64,000 bases of DNA, taken from NCBI GenBank assembly GCA_041661275.1, contig JBAZUU010000001.1:35493-99492 (forward strand), read 5' to 3'. The position numbers were made by a program, and so were the translations under genes. Of this stretch, positions 45,751 to 55,844 are shown piece after piece. Each line of letters begins with the position of its first letter. Positions within the stretch are counted from its first letter, which is position 1. Source of the stretch: Parcubacteria group bacterium (GTDB lineage: Bacteria > Patescibacteriota > Minisyncoccia > Moranbacterales > UBA2206). The notes beneath the pieces were generated by a model. The model was not told the origin of the DNA and searched no databases. It saw only the letters and a list, made by a program, of their open reading frames with translations.

Positions 45751-47319
45751 CATGGGATTTGCGTCGCCGAAAGCGGCGCTTTTTCTTTTTCTGGAGCGGT
45801 TTTTAAGAGGTTCGAACGCGCTCAAATTTTCCTCTTCCGGATTTGAGACGAGAATCATCGGCAGAAGCGCGGAATCCGTGTTAATATCGACTTTTTTGTC
45901 TTTTAGGAGGAGGTTCGAACCTAAGGCGGATAAAATTATTTTTCGGGCATGCTGACCTCTCTCGGTGAAGGATTCCTGAGCGTCACTGGCAAATTTGAGA
46001 ACATTATCGGCCGTCTCCAGCCAGCTATCGACTCGGCTGTCCGTATCGTTCAAAAGTTCGTGCAGTTTCGCTTTTTCCTGATTGGTCTTTGATTTTTTGC
46101 GCGTAAATTCTTCTTCGCTGATTTCTCCGGCCGCGCGCATATCGATAAGCGCGTCGAGTTTCTGGACGCAGGCTTCGTAGTTTTTTTGTTGGTTGGCGAG
46201 AATGGCGTTTCGATCGTCAGCCTCTCGTCCGTTTTCATTTTGCAGCCACTTCATCGCCCAGTCATGAAATTCCTGCGGCGGTCGCACTTGAGACAAGGTG
46301 CTTTTAACTTGTCTTTCCAGTTCTTTCACTTCGATGCATTTCTGACTGCACGGACCTTTTCTTTTGGTGCAATGATAGTAAGTGTAATTATGAATATTCC
46401 CGTTCTTATTTTTCTTAACTTTATTTTCCGCCGTCACCATAGCTCCGCATTCGCCGCAACGGATCATGCCGGTATAAGCGAAAGTATGCGTTTCCGGTTT
46501 CGGTTTACTGCCTCGGCCGAGAAGCGCCTGGACGCGATCATATTCGTCGCGGGTGATCATCGGTTCGTGTTTGCCCTTGTGCCAATTCCCACTGCCTTGC
46601 GGCCATTCAAACCAGCCGTAATAAAATGGATTATATAGCACCCGATAGAATCCGCTTCGCGCCAGCTTTTTCAATCCCCATTTCTCGACAGCAATTTCAT
46701 GAACTCTCGGCGCCGTATAGGTGCCACTTAAAATCATGTCGAACATCTTTCGGACAAGCGGAAACATTTTCGAGTCTTTGCGAATTGTTTTAAAGCCTTT
46801 CTGTTTGTCAGGCGTATTCATATATCCGATCGGCGCCGGGCCCGGATGCCAACCGAGCTCCACCTTGCGTCGGAGCCCTCGTTTCACATCGATGCCTTTG
46901 TTATCATTTTCCAGCTTGGCCTGGCTGCAAAGAAGATTGAGCAGAAATTTATCGTTGGGCGTATTTTTGAAAGGCTGGCCGGGTGTTTTTATTTCCTGCA
47001 GTTTATTTTGATCCATTAAATAAACCAGATAACCAGTGTCAACAGAATTTCTGGAAAGCCGGTTGGGATGCCAAGCTAGAATTCCGTTGGCTTCGCCTTT
47101 CTCAATCCGTTTTATCATTTCATTGAAAATCTCCCGACCCGGCGCTTTGGCCGAATATGATTCTTCAAGCAGACTCACGATTTGGAGTTTTTCACGTCTG
47201 GCCAGCGCTTCCAGTTCACCCTTTTGCGAATCGATTGAAAGCACCTGGCGGTCTTCTTGCTCCGATGACTTTCGAGCGTAGAGAAAATATTTAAGTTTTG
47301 ATTGCACTTCCTGGTTCAT
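45736..47319 (-). CDS. Large serine recombinase (resolvase, recombinase and zinc-ribbon domains)
   Basis: YARKSSE, NRLSRN, APIGY, GKHEPMI, CGECG and YYHC motifs. Confidence 0.93.
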   Translation of the reverse strand: MNQEVQSKLKYFLYARKSSEQEDRQVLSIDSQKGELEALARREKLQIVSLLEESYSAKAPGREIFNEMIKRIEKGEANGILAWHPNRLSRNSVDTGYLVYLMDQNKLQEIKTPGQPFKNTPNDKFLLNLLCSQAKLENDNKGIDVKRGLRRKVELGWHPGPAPIGYMNTPDKQKGFKTIRKDSKMFPLVRKMFDMILSGTYTAPRVHEIAVEKWGLKKLARSGFYRVLYNPFYYGWFEWPQGSGNWHKGKHEPMITRDEYDRVQALLGRGSKPKPETHTFAYTGMIRCGECGAMVTAENKVKKNKNGNIHNYTYYHCTKRKGPCSQKCIEVKELERQVKSTLSQVRPPQEFHDWAMKWLQNENGREADDRNAILANQQKNYEACVQKLDALIDMRAAGEISEEEFTRKKSKTNQEKAKLHELLNDTDSRVDSWLETADNVLKFASDAQESFTERGQHARKIILSALGSNLLLKDKKVDINTDSALLPMILVSNPEEENLSAFEPLKNRSRKRKSAAFGDANPMWLRR

Positions 47320-47322
47320 AGT

Positions 47323-48090
47323 TTAGTTATTTTTTAAAAGCGACAGTGTATTTTCATATTGCAGCAAGTTTCCGCTATTGGAGATAAACATGCGCACGGT
47401 CGGATATTTTGGTTCCGCTTCGAGCTCGACCGGAAGTTTATAATCCCGATCTTCATAGAGCCATTCCCAGCGATCATTCTTATCTTCTTTAGAAATTGGC
47501 TGTAATGTAAATTTATCTTTTACGGAAGAATATGTTTCGGGCATGGAGCGTTCGAGATATTTTTCGCCGATAGTTTTAATTTGTTCATTGCTTATCAAGG
47601 GAGAAAATAAGGCGCTTTTTGAATCATCGCAAGTTGATCTTCCTTTTGGATAAACCAGCCCAATGTTTACCACTTCGTGTGTTTTTGGATATACTTCGAA
47701 TCTGTAGATTTCGCAGGTATCAGCTACAAATTCTTTTGATTCATAAATGTTTACAGTCCGTTGCCATTCTTCGGGTGTGGTTATGTGACTGCCGCCACCT
47801 TTTGGAAGCGGTTCGCTTTTTCCGATTGTAAAATTCGATGGCGCTTGCGAACTTATAAAAGTCACCGGATAATTTTCATCGTCCATAAAATTGGCAATAA
47901 CTGTTTCGTCTTGCTTTAAGTCTTCCGGTGATATTATTGTCTCTTTTTGTTCCTGCTTCTGGGCTCCGGAATTGCCCGAAAGCGGTGTTTTCTTTGTTTC
48001 GAGGTTATAAACCCCGATGATCGCCCCAATGGCCGCCAGAACGGCAATTACGGCAATAACTTTTGTGTTTTTTGTCATACGCTTGTTCAT
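47323..48090 (-). CDS. Membrane-anchored/exported hypothetical protein
   Basis: N-terminal TM helix. Confidence 0.7.
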   Translation of the reverse strand: MNKRMTKNTKVIAVIAVLAAIGAIIGVYNLETKKTPLSGNSGAQKQEQKETIISPEDLKQDETVIANFMDDENYPVTFISSQAPSNFTIGKSEPLPKGGGSHITTPEEWQRTVNIYESKEFVADTCEIYRFEVYPKTHEVVNIGLVYPKGRSTCDDSKSALFSPLISNEQIKTIGEKYLERSMPETYSSVKDKFTLQPISKEDKNDRWEWLYEDRDYKLPVELEAEPKYPTVRMFISNSGNLLQYENTLSLLKNN

Positions 48091-48210
48091 TAATTATTAA
48101 TTCTCTACCCAAGCACAACATGGACCCAAAGCCGAAAGAAGTCAAATGCTTAAATTTCCTTTATTTTACTAGTTTTTTATAGGTCTTGTGTTTATTCTAC
48201 CTTAAATTCC

Positions 48211-48370
48211 GATGAAGTTTCAGTGAAGTGTTGATGAAGTGTTTTTTCTCAAAATTTACCCCAATTTTACCCCAGTTTCACCCCGATTAATTTTCTCATA
48301 TTTTATCTCTCATTTTAATTGTATTCCTCTTAAAATCCACCCAAGTTTTGCCCAAGAGTTGCCCAACCCT
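48211..48370. repeat. Three triplets of 12-bp-period direct repeats (iteron-like)
   Basis: TGAAGT x3, TT(T/C)ACCCC x3, CCCAA x3. Confidence 0.5.
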
Positions 48371-48483
48371 ATTTTGCTCCATTTTTTCAAAAAAATTGGT
48401 GTATTATTTATACTTTCTTATTATTTTTTTCTTATTGACTGCTTCTTATTATGGGGCTCATGGTGGTCTCCGGTCGGGGTTCT

Positions 48484-48897
48484 CTATGGACTTTGACCAG
48501 GGTTCACTATGAACCCTGGGCTTTTGAAGAGTTGGGGGTTGATCCGGTAAATCGTTCCGGATCGATGGCCGTGTTTGGAAGTGTTGGTTTTCGTTTCGAT
48601 CAGTTCCAGCTGCAGCAATTTTTTTCTGACACGCTTGCAAGTTGATTGGCTGAATCCGTAGGCGGCAAAACCGCGTTCTTTTTCTCCGTGAGTCATGAAC
48701 ATCTTGTCAGTATGCCAAAACCAGCCGTCTTTGGCGGCGTAGCGATTGGAAAGATGACAAAGCACCAGAAAAAAATCACGCTCGGCGTGCGTCAATGAAC
48801 GACGTATTTTTGCATCGTCGAAGGGAGCGTGCGGAACTAAGAAGAAGTTTACATTTTTAGCGGGTGTTTTCGGGCTCGATTGATTCATATGGTTCAC
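48484..48897 (-). CDS. Winged-HTH protein, replication-initiator N-terminus-like
   Basis: FFLVLCHL...GWFW...GFSQSTCKRVRKKL...LIE...YRI. Confidence 0.55.
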   Translation of the reverse strand: MNHMNQSSPKTPAKNVNFFLVPHAPFDDAKIRRSLTHAERDFFLVLCHLSNRYAAKDGWFWHTDKMFMTHGEKERGFAAYGFSQSTCKRVRKKLLQLELIETKTNTSKHGHRSGTIYRINPQLFKSPGFIVNPGQSP

Positions 48898-49165
48898 TAA
48901 TTATTTTGGCTACTTTTTCACTAATGGCAGTTTCGACTTGTCGGCCGACTGCCTGATCGATGGGATGAAAAATATTGATATTTTGATTGGTTACTTTTCG
49001 AGTTGGATAGACCAAGCGATATCCGCCGTCTCTTCGACTGAAAACAGCGACTGATCCCATCCAAAATTTTTCGTCCAACACAAACGAAACGAACCCGAGG
49101 AGGCCGTCCTTGGGTTTCACCGGATAAAATTGGATTTCGCTAATTTTAGTTTGATTGGTATTCAT
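48857..49165 (-). CDS. SpoVG-like protein
   Basis: KISEIQF, LLGFVS, LVYPTRK and IFHPI. Confidence 0.65.
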   Translation of the reverse strand: MNTNQTKISEIQFYPVKPKDGLLGFVSFVLDEKFWMGSVAVFSRRDGGYRLVYPTRKVTNQNINIFHPIDQAVGRQVETAISEKVAKIISEPYESIEPENTR

Positions 49166-49340
49166 AATTATTCGCTAAGTTTTCCCCTAAATCGTCGATT
49201 GAAGGTTCACCCATATAGGTGATTTTGTAGAGTTTAAAAAGATTATTGGCCCGCGAGCTCGCTTCCTCATCGGAAAGATGCACGCCGTAGCGTTTTTCAT
49301 AGAGTCTCTTAAATTCTTCAATGGCTTCTTGAGGTAACAT
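49146..49340 (-). CDS. Small hypothetical protein
   Basis: MLPQEAIEEFKRLYEKRYGVHLSDEEA; coupled to the next gene. Confidence 0.65.
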   Translation of the reverse strand: MLPQEAIEEFKRLYEKRYGVHLSDEEASSRANNLFKLYKITYMGEPSIDDLGENLANNYEYQSN

Positions 49341-49431
49341 AAAAAGGCTGGCCCAAACGGGACTAGCCTTTATATTTCTTCTCAAGTTCTAATCAGTTCA
49401 ATGCGAGGCACCTTAGTTTGCGTTGGGAAAC

Positions 49432-49603
49432 AAAAAAACGAGACTACAACTTATGCCATCAAAACCCGACCGACAATTCGGTCAAATGTTTTTGATAACA
49501 GAAGTCATAGCCCCGTCTCGTTTAGTTCCGAACAATCGGAACGCCGTCAGGCAAACTTTCTGGATTTGTGATTTTATTTTAGCAAATCATGTCATGCTGT
49601 CAA
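49432..49603 (-). promoter_or_regulatory. Promoter plus a ~90-nt structured leader/terminator
   Basis: TTGACA-N16-TAAAAT; AAACGAGAC...GTCTCGTTTTTTT long hairpin. Confidence 0.55.
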
Positions 49604-49770
49604 CTCTCTCTCTGTCATATGCCTCGATTTTGGAAAATAAAGGGCTTGTTGATGGGAAAGCTGAAAGGATAAAGGCTTTAATTGAGAAATAAAAAAAACG
49701 GCTGCGAGATATGCCGTAAGGCAAATTTCTCGCAACCGTCTGTTTCTTGAATAGAGGCTAGTGATTCTTC

Positions 49771-50355
49771 TTACTCGTAGTCAACCCTGCCATCCACTTC
49801 GCGGACCGGACGACCCTGATTCTCGATCTCATACTGGTCACGACCAAATCGTGCGATCTGCGGACCTTGCTCATCTTCCTCATGACAGGCATCGCAGATG
49901 CTTTCTCCGTCAAAAGTTTGATGCAGCTCGTCCACTGGTACGGATTTCTTGCACCAATCGCAGGCAATCATTGACACAGATTTGCTAATCTCGCCCTTCA
50001 TTAATCGATATGCCCGAATAGTCCCATTGATTAAAATCGAAGGGTGAGCCTTTATCCAGTTCTGAATCCACGTTTTGAAATAATACACAAGGTTATCATC
50101 CCATTGGCCATCAATTTCAGGGCAACCGAACTGTCGAAGAACAGTCAGCTCATATTTCCCGATGCACGGCTTAATTGCCAATGCGTAGGTGTAACTTTCT
50201 CCTGGAAGATCTCGCGCTTCTGTCCACGCAAGTGCGAAGACATAGTGTTTTGATTTCAGATATCCTTGAGCTTCAAATGGATCATCGAGCAAATGAAACA
50301 AAAGGGGCGGTAAGGACGAGCTGCCAATTTTGGAAACAAATTCTTCAAAGTTCAT
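49771..50355 (-). CDS. Hypothetical protein with a C-terminal zinc finger
   Basis: CDWC...CDAC; AAGGAG SD. Confidence 0.6.
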   Translation of the reverse strand: MNFEEFVSKIGSSSLPPLLFHLLDDPFEAQGYLKSKHYVFALAWTEARDLPGESYTYALAIKPCIGKYELTVLRQFGCPEIDGQWDDNLVYYFKTWIQNWIKAHPSILINGTIRAYRLMKGEISKSVSMIACDWCKKSVPVDELHQTFDGESICDACHEEDEQGPQIARFGRDQYEIENQGRPVREVDGRVDYE

Positions 50356-50560
50356 TTTGCATCTCCTTTTTCTTGTCGACTTTATTGCCCATTCGACAAG
50401 ATAAGCCAGGGCGGGCTAATTAAATTAGAAAAAAACAGGCCTCTTCTACTAACGTCGCCAGTCGATGCTGACTTGCTATATTAGCACAAAACCAGCCCTG
50501 GGTCAATGGCTGGCTGATTTTAAGAATATTTTGCTTTATATAAGCTGTTTTACTAACGGA

Positions 50561-50953
50561 TTATTTTGAATAATATTCTTCCTTGGCTTCTTCTGGTTCT
50601 TCAAGAGTGTTATAATCGACAGTTATTTCTTCCCCCGCTGGAATATCGCGCAAAGCATAGTAATTGTAATTTTTATGATAAGTATTTGGTGTTTTGGAAT
50701 GGTTAATATACCAGCCGATTTCCATATGGCCAAAATTTCGCGGACAACTTAGCATATCGCCCCTGTCTGCGCAAAATTGTCTAAAAAATTCAGGAACATC
50801 TTCTTTCTTTCTGGTAACTGCTATTCTTCCTTCGTCTTCTTCACGGAACAATCGCAAATACGTTCCTTTTTTAATATCGTGAGCGGCAAAAACACCAACG
50901 CCATGCTCGGTTGGTTTTAAAACAAATGAAAATTCTGTCGTTTTTTGATTCAT
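50561..50953 (-). CDS. SET domain protein
   Basis: HGVGVFA, INHS-PN and ALRDI-GEEITVDY motifs. Confidence 0.85.
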   Translation of the reverse strand: MNQKTTEFSFVLKPTEHGVGVFAAHDIKKGTYLRLFREEDEGRIAVTRKKEDVPEFFRQFCADRGDMLSCPRNFGHMEIGWYINHSKTPNTYHKNYNYYALRDIPAGEEITVDYNTLEEPEEAKEEYYSK

Positions 50954-50987
50954 TTTTTTAGTAGTATCTCTTAAGTTAATCTTCGAG

Positions 50988-51809
50988 CTAAGCGTGATGA
51001 TTATTTTTGTCCCTGGTAAATACATAATAATACTGTTTCTCCAAAACCGGCCCCAATTCTTTTTTGAATTGAATAAGCCCCGGGTCATGACAGCCTGTCC
51101 CCAGTGAAAATAAATCGCGGTCAGAAAACAACTTGGCTCGTTCATGGTGAAGAAATCTGCTCAGCCCCTTGTAATCATAATTCGCCTTTAGGTGAAGACC
51201 TGCCCAGTTGTGATCTGAATGACCAACGCCCCAAGCAAATCCGGCTAATTTACCATCAATTTCTACGTATATTTGCTTGATGTCATATTTTTCCAGGTTT
51301 TCCAAACAGAAGAAAAAGAACTCAGTGCTTTCTTTTTCAAATAAATCTGACGATCTTTCTTTTTGCCCTTCCCAAAGATTATAAAATTCAGTAAGTTTGG
51401 TTTTGGAATAATTGTTTAAAATATTATAATCATAGCTTTTGTTAAATTGATTTACCCGGTTTTTCATTTTGCTTTTAGGATCAAGAAAGCCGCTGGTTTT
51501 ATAATAATATTCCGTTTCAGTCGGATTTTGATTGGCAATTTCTATATCTTCTTTTTTAATCTTTTTTACCTCTTCCTCGGTTATCATGGACATGGAAGCC
51601 ATTGCCCAATTATCTTTGTTTTTAGGCAGAAAAAGAGAAGGAAAATCGTGGAGATAAGAAGGATCCTGGGTGACGATCAGGTCTTCGCCATTGCGTTTAA
51701 AAGTATAAGCACAAAAATCAAGATAAAGAGGCAATGATACATAGGAAAAAGGCAAATCATTTATTAGCTTGATATGTTTTTTCGAATCAAATTTTTCCAT
51801 GGTTTTCAA
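50988..51809 (-). CDS. GNAT-fold / DUF2156-like (aminoacyltransferase-type) protein
   Basis: IDGKLAGF, HLKA-YKGL and PGLIQFKKELGP. Confidence 0.6.
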   Translation of the reverse strand: MKTMEKFDSKKHIKLINDLPFSYVSLPLYLDFCAYTFKRNGEDLIVTQDPSYLHDFPSLFLPKNKDNWAMASMSMITEEEVKKIKKEDIEIANQNPTETEYYYKTSGFLDPKSKMKNRVNQFNKSYDYNILNNYSKTKLTEFYNLWEGQKERSSDLFEKESTEFFFFCLENLEKYDIKQIYVEIDGKLAGFAWGVGHSDHNWAGLHLKANYDYKGLSRFLHHERAKLFSDRDLFSLGTGCHDPGLIQFKKELGPVLEKQYYYVFTRDKNNHHA

Positions 51810-51897
51810 TAAATTTCACTATCATTATTATACACTATACTACAAAAAAAGAACCGCTGATGTCACGTGGGCATCAGCGGTAAGTTCGAGGTTACGA

Positions 51898-52665
51898 TCA
51901 TATAGAAAGGATGTTTGCCAGAGGAGACCATGTTTTTTTGGATTTGATCTCTTCTTCGTGAAAAACTCCACTCTTCCAGAAAACTTTGAAGGCTTTTCCT
52001 CCTTTCCTGAAATTTATAACTCGATAGACTTGGTCGACTATTTCCAGGGCGGAATAATCGCCAAGAGCAACGCCAATGTCGCCATATTCTCGCAGCATGC
52101 TTTTGAAAGCCGGCCTACGCCATTCACCCTCCGATTCGTAATGTGGGCAAAGAGCAAAAGGGAGAAATCCCAAGCCATCTACTTTGATGGGCATCCAGTT
52201 GCTTGGATCCCTGATGCGCAGAGAATCAGAGACACTCCATTTGGACCAGCAGATTGCTCCGGCAGAAAGCCCGGAAAGGACAGCGCCCCGTTCTCCGGCT
52301 TCGCGAAGCATTTCGCCGATGCCTCGCTTTTCCCATTCGCACATCATGAGAGCTGTGTCACCGCCGCCCACATAGATAATATCCGCCCGATTGATCTTTT
52401 TTTGGATCTGTCTGTCGGTCAGTCCTCCTTTCGAAAGTTTGAGGTAATCAAGCTTGCATCCCAAGCGCGTTCTATAGACCCTGTAAATTCCGTGGCAATA
52501 ATCGACATTATCACCGCTGGCCGTCGGGATAAAAAGAAAATTAGGCGAACGCGATTTTGCTATTCTCACCCTAGCCAGTTTGACGATCTCTCTATCTACC
52601 GATAGTGTTTGCGGCAGTCGACAAGGGATAGATATTTCTCCTCCACCAATAGCTACGATTTGCAT
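51898..52665 (-). CDS. Peptidase E (S51) family
   Basis: AIGGG, FIPTAS, YVGGGDT, GLSAGAICW and CPHY motifs. Confidence 0.88.
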   Translation of the reverse strand: MQIVAIGGGEISIPCRLPQTLSVDREIVKLARVRIAKSRSPNFLFIPTASGDNVDYCHGIYRVYRTRLGCKLDYLKLSKGGLTDRQIQKKINRADIIYVGGGDTALMMCEWEKRGIGEMLREAGERGAVLSGLSAGAICWSKWSVSDSLRIRDPSNWMPIKVDGLGFLPFALCPHYESEGEWRRPAFKSMLREYGDIGVALGDYSALEIVDQVYRVINFRKGGKAFKVFWKSGVFHEEEIKSKKTWSPLANILSI

Positions 52666-52804
52666 GATTATAGCTCCCGTGTATGAGTCTGTATAAAAGA
52701 ACGCGATTCTGTCAAATAAATGTTGACATACTATACTATCACAAAACCAGCCCTAGGTCAATGGCTGGTTAGTTTTGGTAGTATTTTGCCCTATATAAGC
52801 CTAT

Positions 52805-53557
52805 TTATGGATGGAACTCCATTGCCCATTTATCCTTTCCTTTCCAACTGTCAAAAACTTTGCCAAATCCCTCTTTTATCGCTAATTCTTCAACCATTTT
52901 TAGGAGTTCTTGCTGGGTTTCCAAATCGGCATTCTTCAATACTTTGGAAATTTTGTCTAACAGTTCTTTATTGCTTATTGGCAACTTTTCCAGCGGAGCA
53001 ACTTCTAGTTCTTTTGGCAGGTAGCCGTAAAATGGAGCCAGCCTTTTGTGCAAAGCAAAGAGAGTAATAATCAGATTAGGAATGGAGCTGGCAGATTCAA
53101 TGTGAGCACCCAAAAGATTACCGCTCCGAATACACTTCACTGACCGAAAAACACCGTTCAGATAGTCGTCTATTCTTTCTCCTGTAAATTTCTTCCACTC
53201 GTCTTCAGGTATGGTTCCTTTGGAATCAATCAAATTTTGAATTTCACCCGTTTTATCAATTATCGCCTTAACTCTCGCGAAATCATATCTATCCCAAGCA
53301 AAATCCGTTCCCCATTCGGCATACTCTCTAAATTCAGACAATGATTGAACTGATAAATCAATATCGGGATTGTCGATATTGGAATACTTGGTTTTATATT
53401 CCTCGGCGACTTCATCTTTTACAATTATTTTTATATCATAGTCGGACTTCCCGTTTTCAAATCCTTTTCCCCGCGAACCCTTGAGAAAAAGCCCGATGAT
53501 ATTGTCGTCATTTTTTGCTTCTTCTAAAATTTGATTGTATAAATTTTCCTTTTCCAT
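52805..53557 (-). CDS. Nucleotidyltransferase (KNTase/Lnu-like)
   Basis: GSRGKG-SDYD motif. Confidence 0.7.
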   Translation of the reverse strand: MEKENLYNQILEEAKNDDNIIGLFLKGSRGKGFENGKSDYDIKIIVKDEVAEEYKTKYSNIDNPDIDLSVQSLSEFREYAEWGTDFAWDRYDFARVKAIIDKTGEIQNLIDSKGTIPEDEWKKFTGERIDDYLNGVFRSVKCIRSGNLLGAHIESASSIPNLIITLFALHKRLAPFYGYLPKELEVAPLEKLPISNKELLDKISKVLKNADLETQQELLKMVEELAIKEGFGKVFDSWKGKDKWAMEFHP

Positions 53558-53562
53558 AAGTT

Positions 53563-54360
53563 TTATTTTACGCAAACATAAAATATAGGCGACTTATAAC
53601 AATTGAAGTCTTTTGACATCGACCCCTCCATCGCCTCGGCGTCTTCCTTGGATAATTCTCCCATCCTTTTTCTCATTACTAATGTAAATCCCGATTTTGC
53701 GATTATTTCTTCCATTTCCTTTTGGCTGGTGAAATGAATAAATTGATATCTTTTCTTCCCATCAACACGATAATTTCTTTCAAAAAACCAATCGCCAAAT
53801 TCGAGCTCTTGAAATTTAAATCCAAGAGGTTTTAAAATATAAAACTTAAGCCATTGCTTGACCCAGAGATACAGATAACTGCCGGAGTAATATCTTTGAT
53901 GGGCGGTGAGGATAAAATGGGATCCGGGTTTCAATACCCGATGGATTTCTTTCAAGGCCTTCAAACGATTGGAATGTCCTGGAATTTGCACCCAGCCATT
54001 GTTGGCAAATATCGCCCCATCAAAATAGTTATCTTCAAACTCCAATTTAGTTGCGTCTCCCACTCTGAAATCCACACTGGTTCCTTTTTCCAGTGCTACC
54101 CTTTTTGCTGTTTCAATCATGCCTGGGGTCAGATCAACTCCAATGACATCAAATCCCTTTTCGGATAAGACAAAGGCAGTCCTTCCTGAACCACAACCGA
54201 TATCAAGAATGTGGGAATTAGGTTTGAAATATTTTTTGATTAAAATATCTTCACTTTTCCATAATCCCTTTTTGGCAATTCTCAAATATTGCTCCTGGGT
54301 ATTCTTAGACCCGAATTCATCGATGCTTTCTTTTTTAATTTTTTCTATTGAGTTTTTCAT
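53563..54360 (-). CDS. Class I SAM-dependent methyltransferase
   Basis: LDIGCGSG and RVLKPG motifs. Confidence 0.88.
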   Translation of the reverse strand: MKNSIEKIKKESIDEFGSKNTQEQYLRIAKKGLWKSEDILIKKYFKPNSHILDIGCGSGRTAFVLSEKGFDVIGVDLTPGMIETAKRVALEKGTSVDFRVGDATKLEFEDNYFDGAIFANNGWVQIPGHSNRLKALKEIHRVLKPGSHFILTAHQRYYSGSYLYLWVKQWLKFYILKPLGFKFQELEFGDWFFERNYRVDGKKRYQFIHFTSQKEMEEIIAKSGFTLVMRKRMGELSKEDAEAMEGSMSKDFNCYKSPIFYVCVK

Positions 54361-55841
54361 AGTTCTCTAATATTAAGTGATAATATATTTTTCTCTGCTT
54401 CAAGAATATCTTTCATCTGGAAACTTTCTTCGCCCCACAATAGAACTTCCACTGGGCCGATAAAATAATTTCGTTGAAGCATAAAGTCTTTTAAAACGTT
54501 CCTCTCCTTCTGTATTAGTGGACGAATAGATTCGTATGCCTGAATAAAAGATTTGATTAGGCTATAACTCTTATTTTTCTTTAATATGGACCAAGCCACA
54601 ACTGCGACATCGCTGATCAAATAAGAATAATGGAGGTCGTCGAAGTCCAAAATACCAACCAATTTTTCACCGACGAATAGTGTATTCATAATGGTGAAAT
54701 CCGAATGAATATAAGCGGCAGGCCATTGTCCATAAATGGGCTTAAAATCTTTTGCTCTTTCTAAAAATTTAATCACAGACTTATTTTTTAATTTCGAAAA
54801 ATCAATTTTTGCCAATAGTTCGTTTTCATATTTTGACACTGATTCGTTTCCATTCTTCTGTTTGATATATTTCTGACTAACCAAATGCATTTTAGCAAGT
54901 GCTATACCAAATTCTCTGGCGGTTGATTCAGAATATTTCTCGATATGTTGGCCTCCAATAAATTCCATTAGCAGACTTTTCCAAGCAACATCATTAATAT
55001 TAGTAACATTAGCTGCCTTCCCCAGATTATTAAAAATTATTTGAGGAACGGGCAATCCTTCTTCTCTAAGAAAATTGACGAATCTCGCCTCTTCTTCAAT
55101 CCACTCCAACGGTTCATCAATATTATTCGGATAAATTCTTAAAACATACTTTTTATCGGAAACTATTTTGATGCTAGTGTTTTCAACGCCATATGGAATG
55201 ACTTCCATTGAAAAGTTACTGATATTCCAATTGGTCAACATCAAACCAATATTTTCCTTCGTCGGATTTATTTGATTTTCAGGAGAAATTTTTACAATCG
55301 GCCGCGTCTGAAACTCCTCTTTGGTCAATTCCATCTTCACTGTGCCGCTTAAAATCCATTCGCCGTTATGAAAAACAGTCCTGTCGTTATTTATTAAGTC
55401 GGCTTGTTTAAACCCCATTTTTTTATAAAACCCAATCGCTCTTTCATGTAGTTCACTAGTATCAAGCGTAACATTATCCACGTTTAATGTCCTGAAAGCA
55501 TAATCCAAAGTTAGTCTCGTCGCTTCACTTGCTACGCCTGTTCCCCAATAGCTTTTATTTAAAATAAAAACACTAAATTCACTCTCATTTCCTTCTCTTA
55601 TGCTTGATAAGGAAGTATACCCGATAAAATTATCTTCCTTATCATAAATCTCAAAAACTGGCCCACTTTCAATTTCATCAAGCAAAGACTTAAGTTCATC
55701 AATATTTTTTAGTTCCAGGGCTTGTTTAGCAAAACTGAAATATTGTACCACTTCCAATTCTTTAAACCATTTCAAAAGTAAAGGATAATTTTCCTCTGCC
55801 AACCCATCATTGAGATAAACTTTTTCTCCCTGCAATGTCAT
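54357..55841 (-). CDS. GNAT acetyltransferase fused to an APH/homoserine-kinase-like phosphotransferase
   Basis: YWGTG-A and FYKKMGF; IHSDF-N and LDFDD. Confidence 0.8.
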   Translation of the reverse strand: MTLQGEKVYLNDGLAEENYPLLLKWFKELEVVQYFSFAKQALELKNIDELKSLLDEIESGPVFEIYDKEDNFIGYTSLSSIREGNESEFSVFILNKSYWGTGVASEATRLTLDYAFRTLNVDNVTLDTSELHERAIGFYKKMGFKQADLINNDRTVFHNGEWILSGTVKMELTKEEFQTRPIVKISPENQINPTKENIGLMLTNWNISNFSMEVIPYGVENTSIKIVSDKKYVLRIYPNNIDEPLEWIEEEARFVNFLREEGLPVPQIIFNNLGKAANVTNINDVAWKSLLMEFIGGQHIEKYSESTAREFGIALAKMHLVSQKYIKQKNGNESVSKYENELLAKIDFSKLKNKSVIKFLERAKDFKPIYGQWPAAYIHSDFTIMNTLFVGEKLVGILDFDDLHYSYLISDVAVVAWSILKKNKSYSLIKSFIQAYESIRPLIQKERNVLKDFMLQRNYFIGPVEVLLWGEESFQMKDILEAEKNILSLNIREL

Positions 55842-55844
55842 TCC

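Larger units (their letters stand above)
45736..50400. mobile_element. Integrative element at tRNA-Asn (core module; distal end not located)
   Basis: Recombinase ends inside the tRNA; HTH replication-like, SpoVG-like and small genes adjacent. Confidence 0.65.
50477..52800 (-). repeat. Two copies of a 69-bp promoter-containing repeat (50477-50545, 52732-52800)
   Basis: CACAAAACCAGCCCT(G/A)GGTCAATGGCTGG...TATTTTGC..TATATAAGC. Confidence 0.7.
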
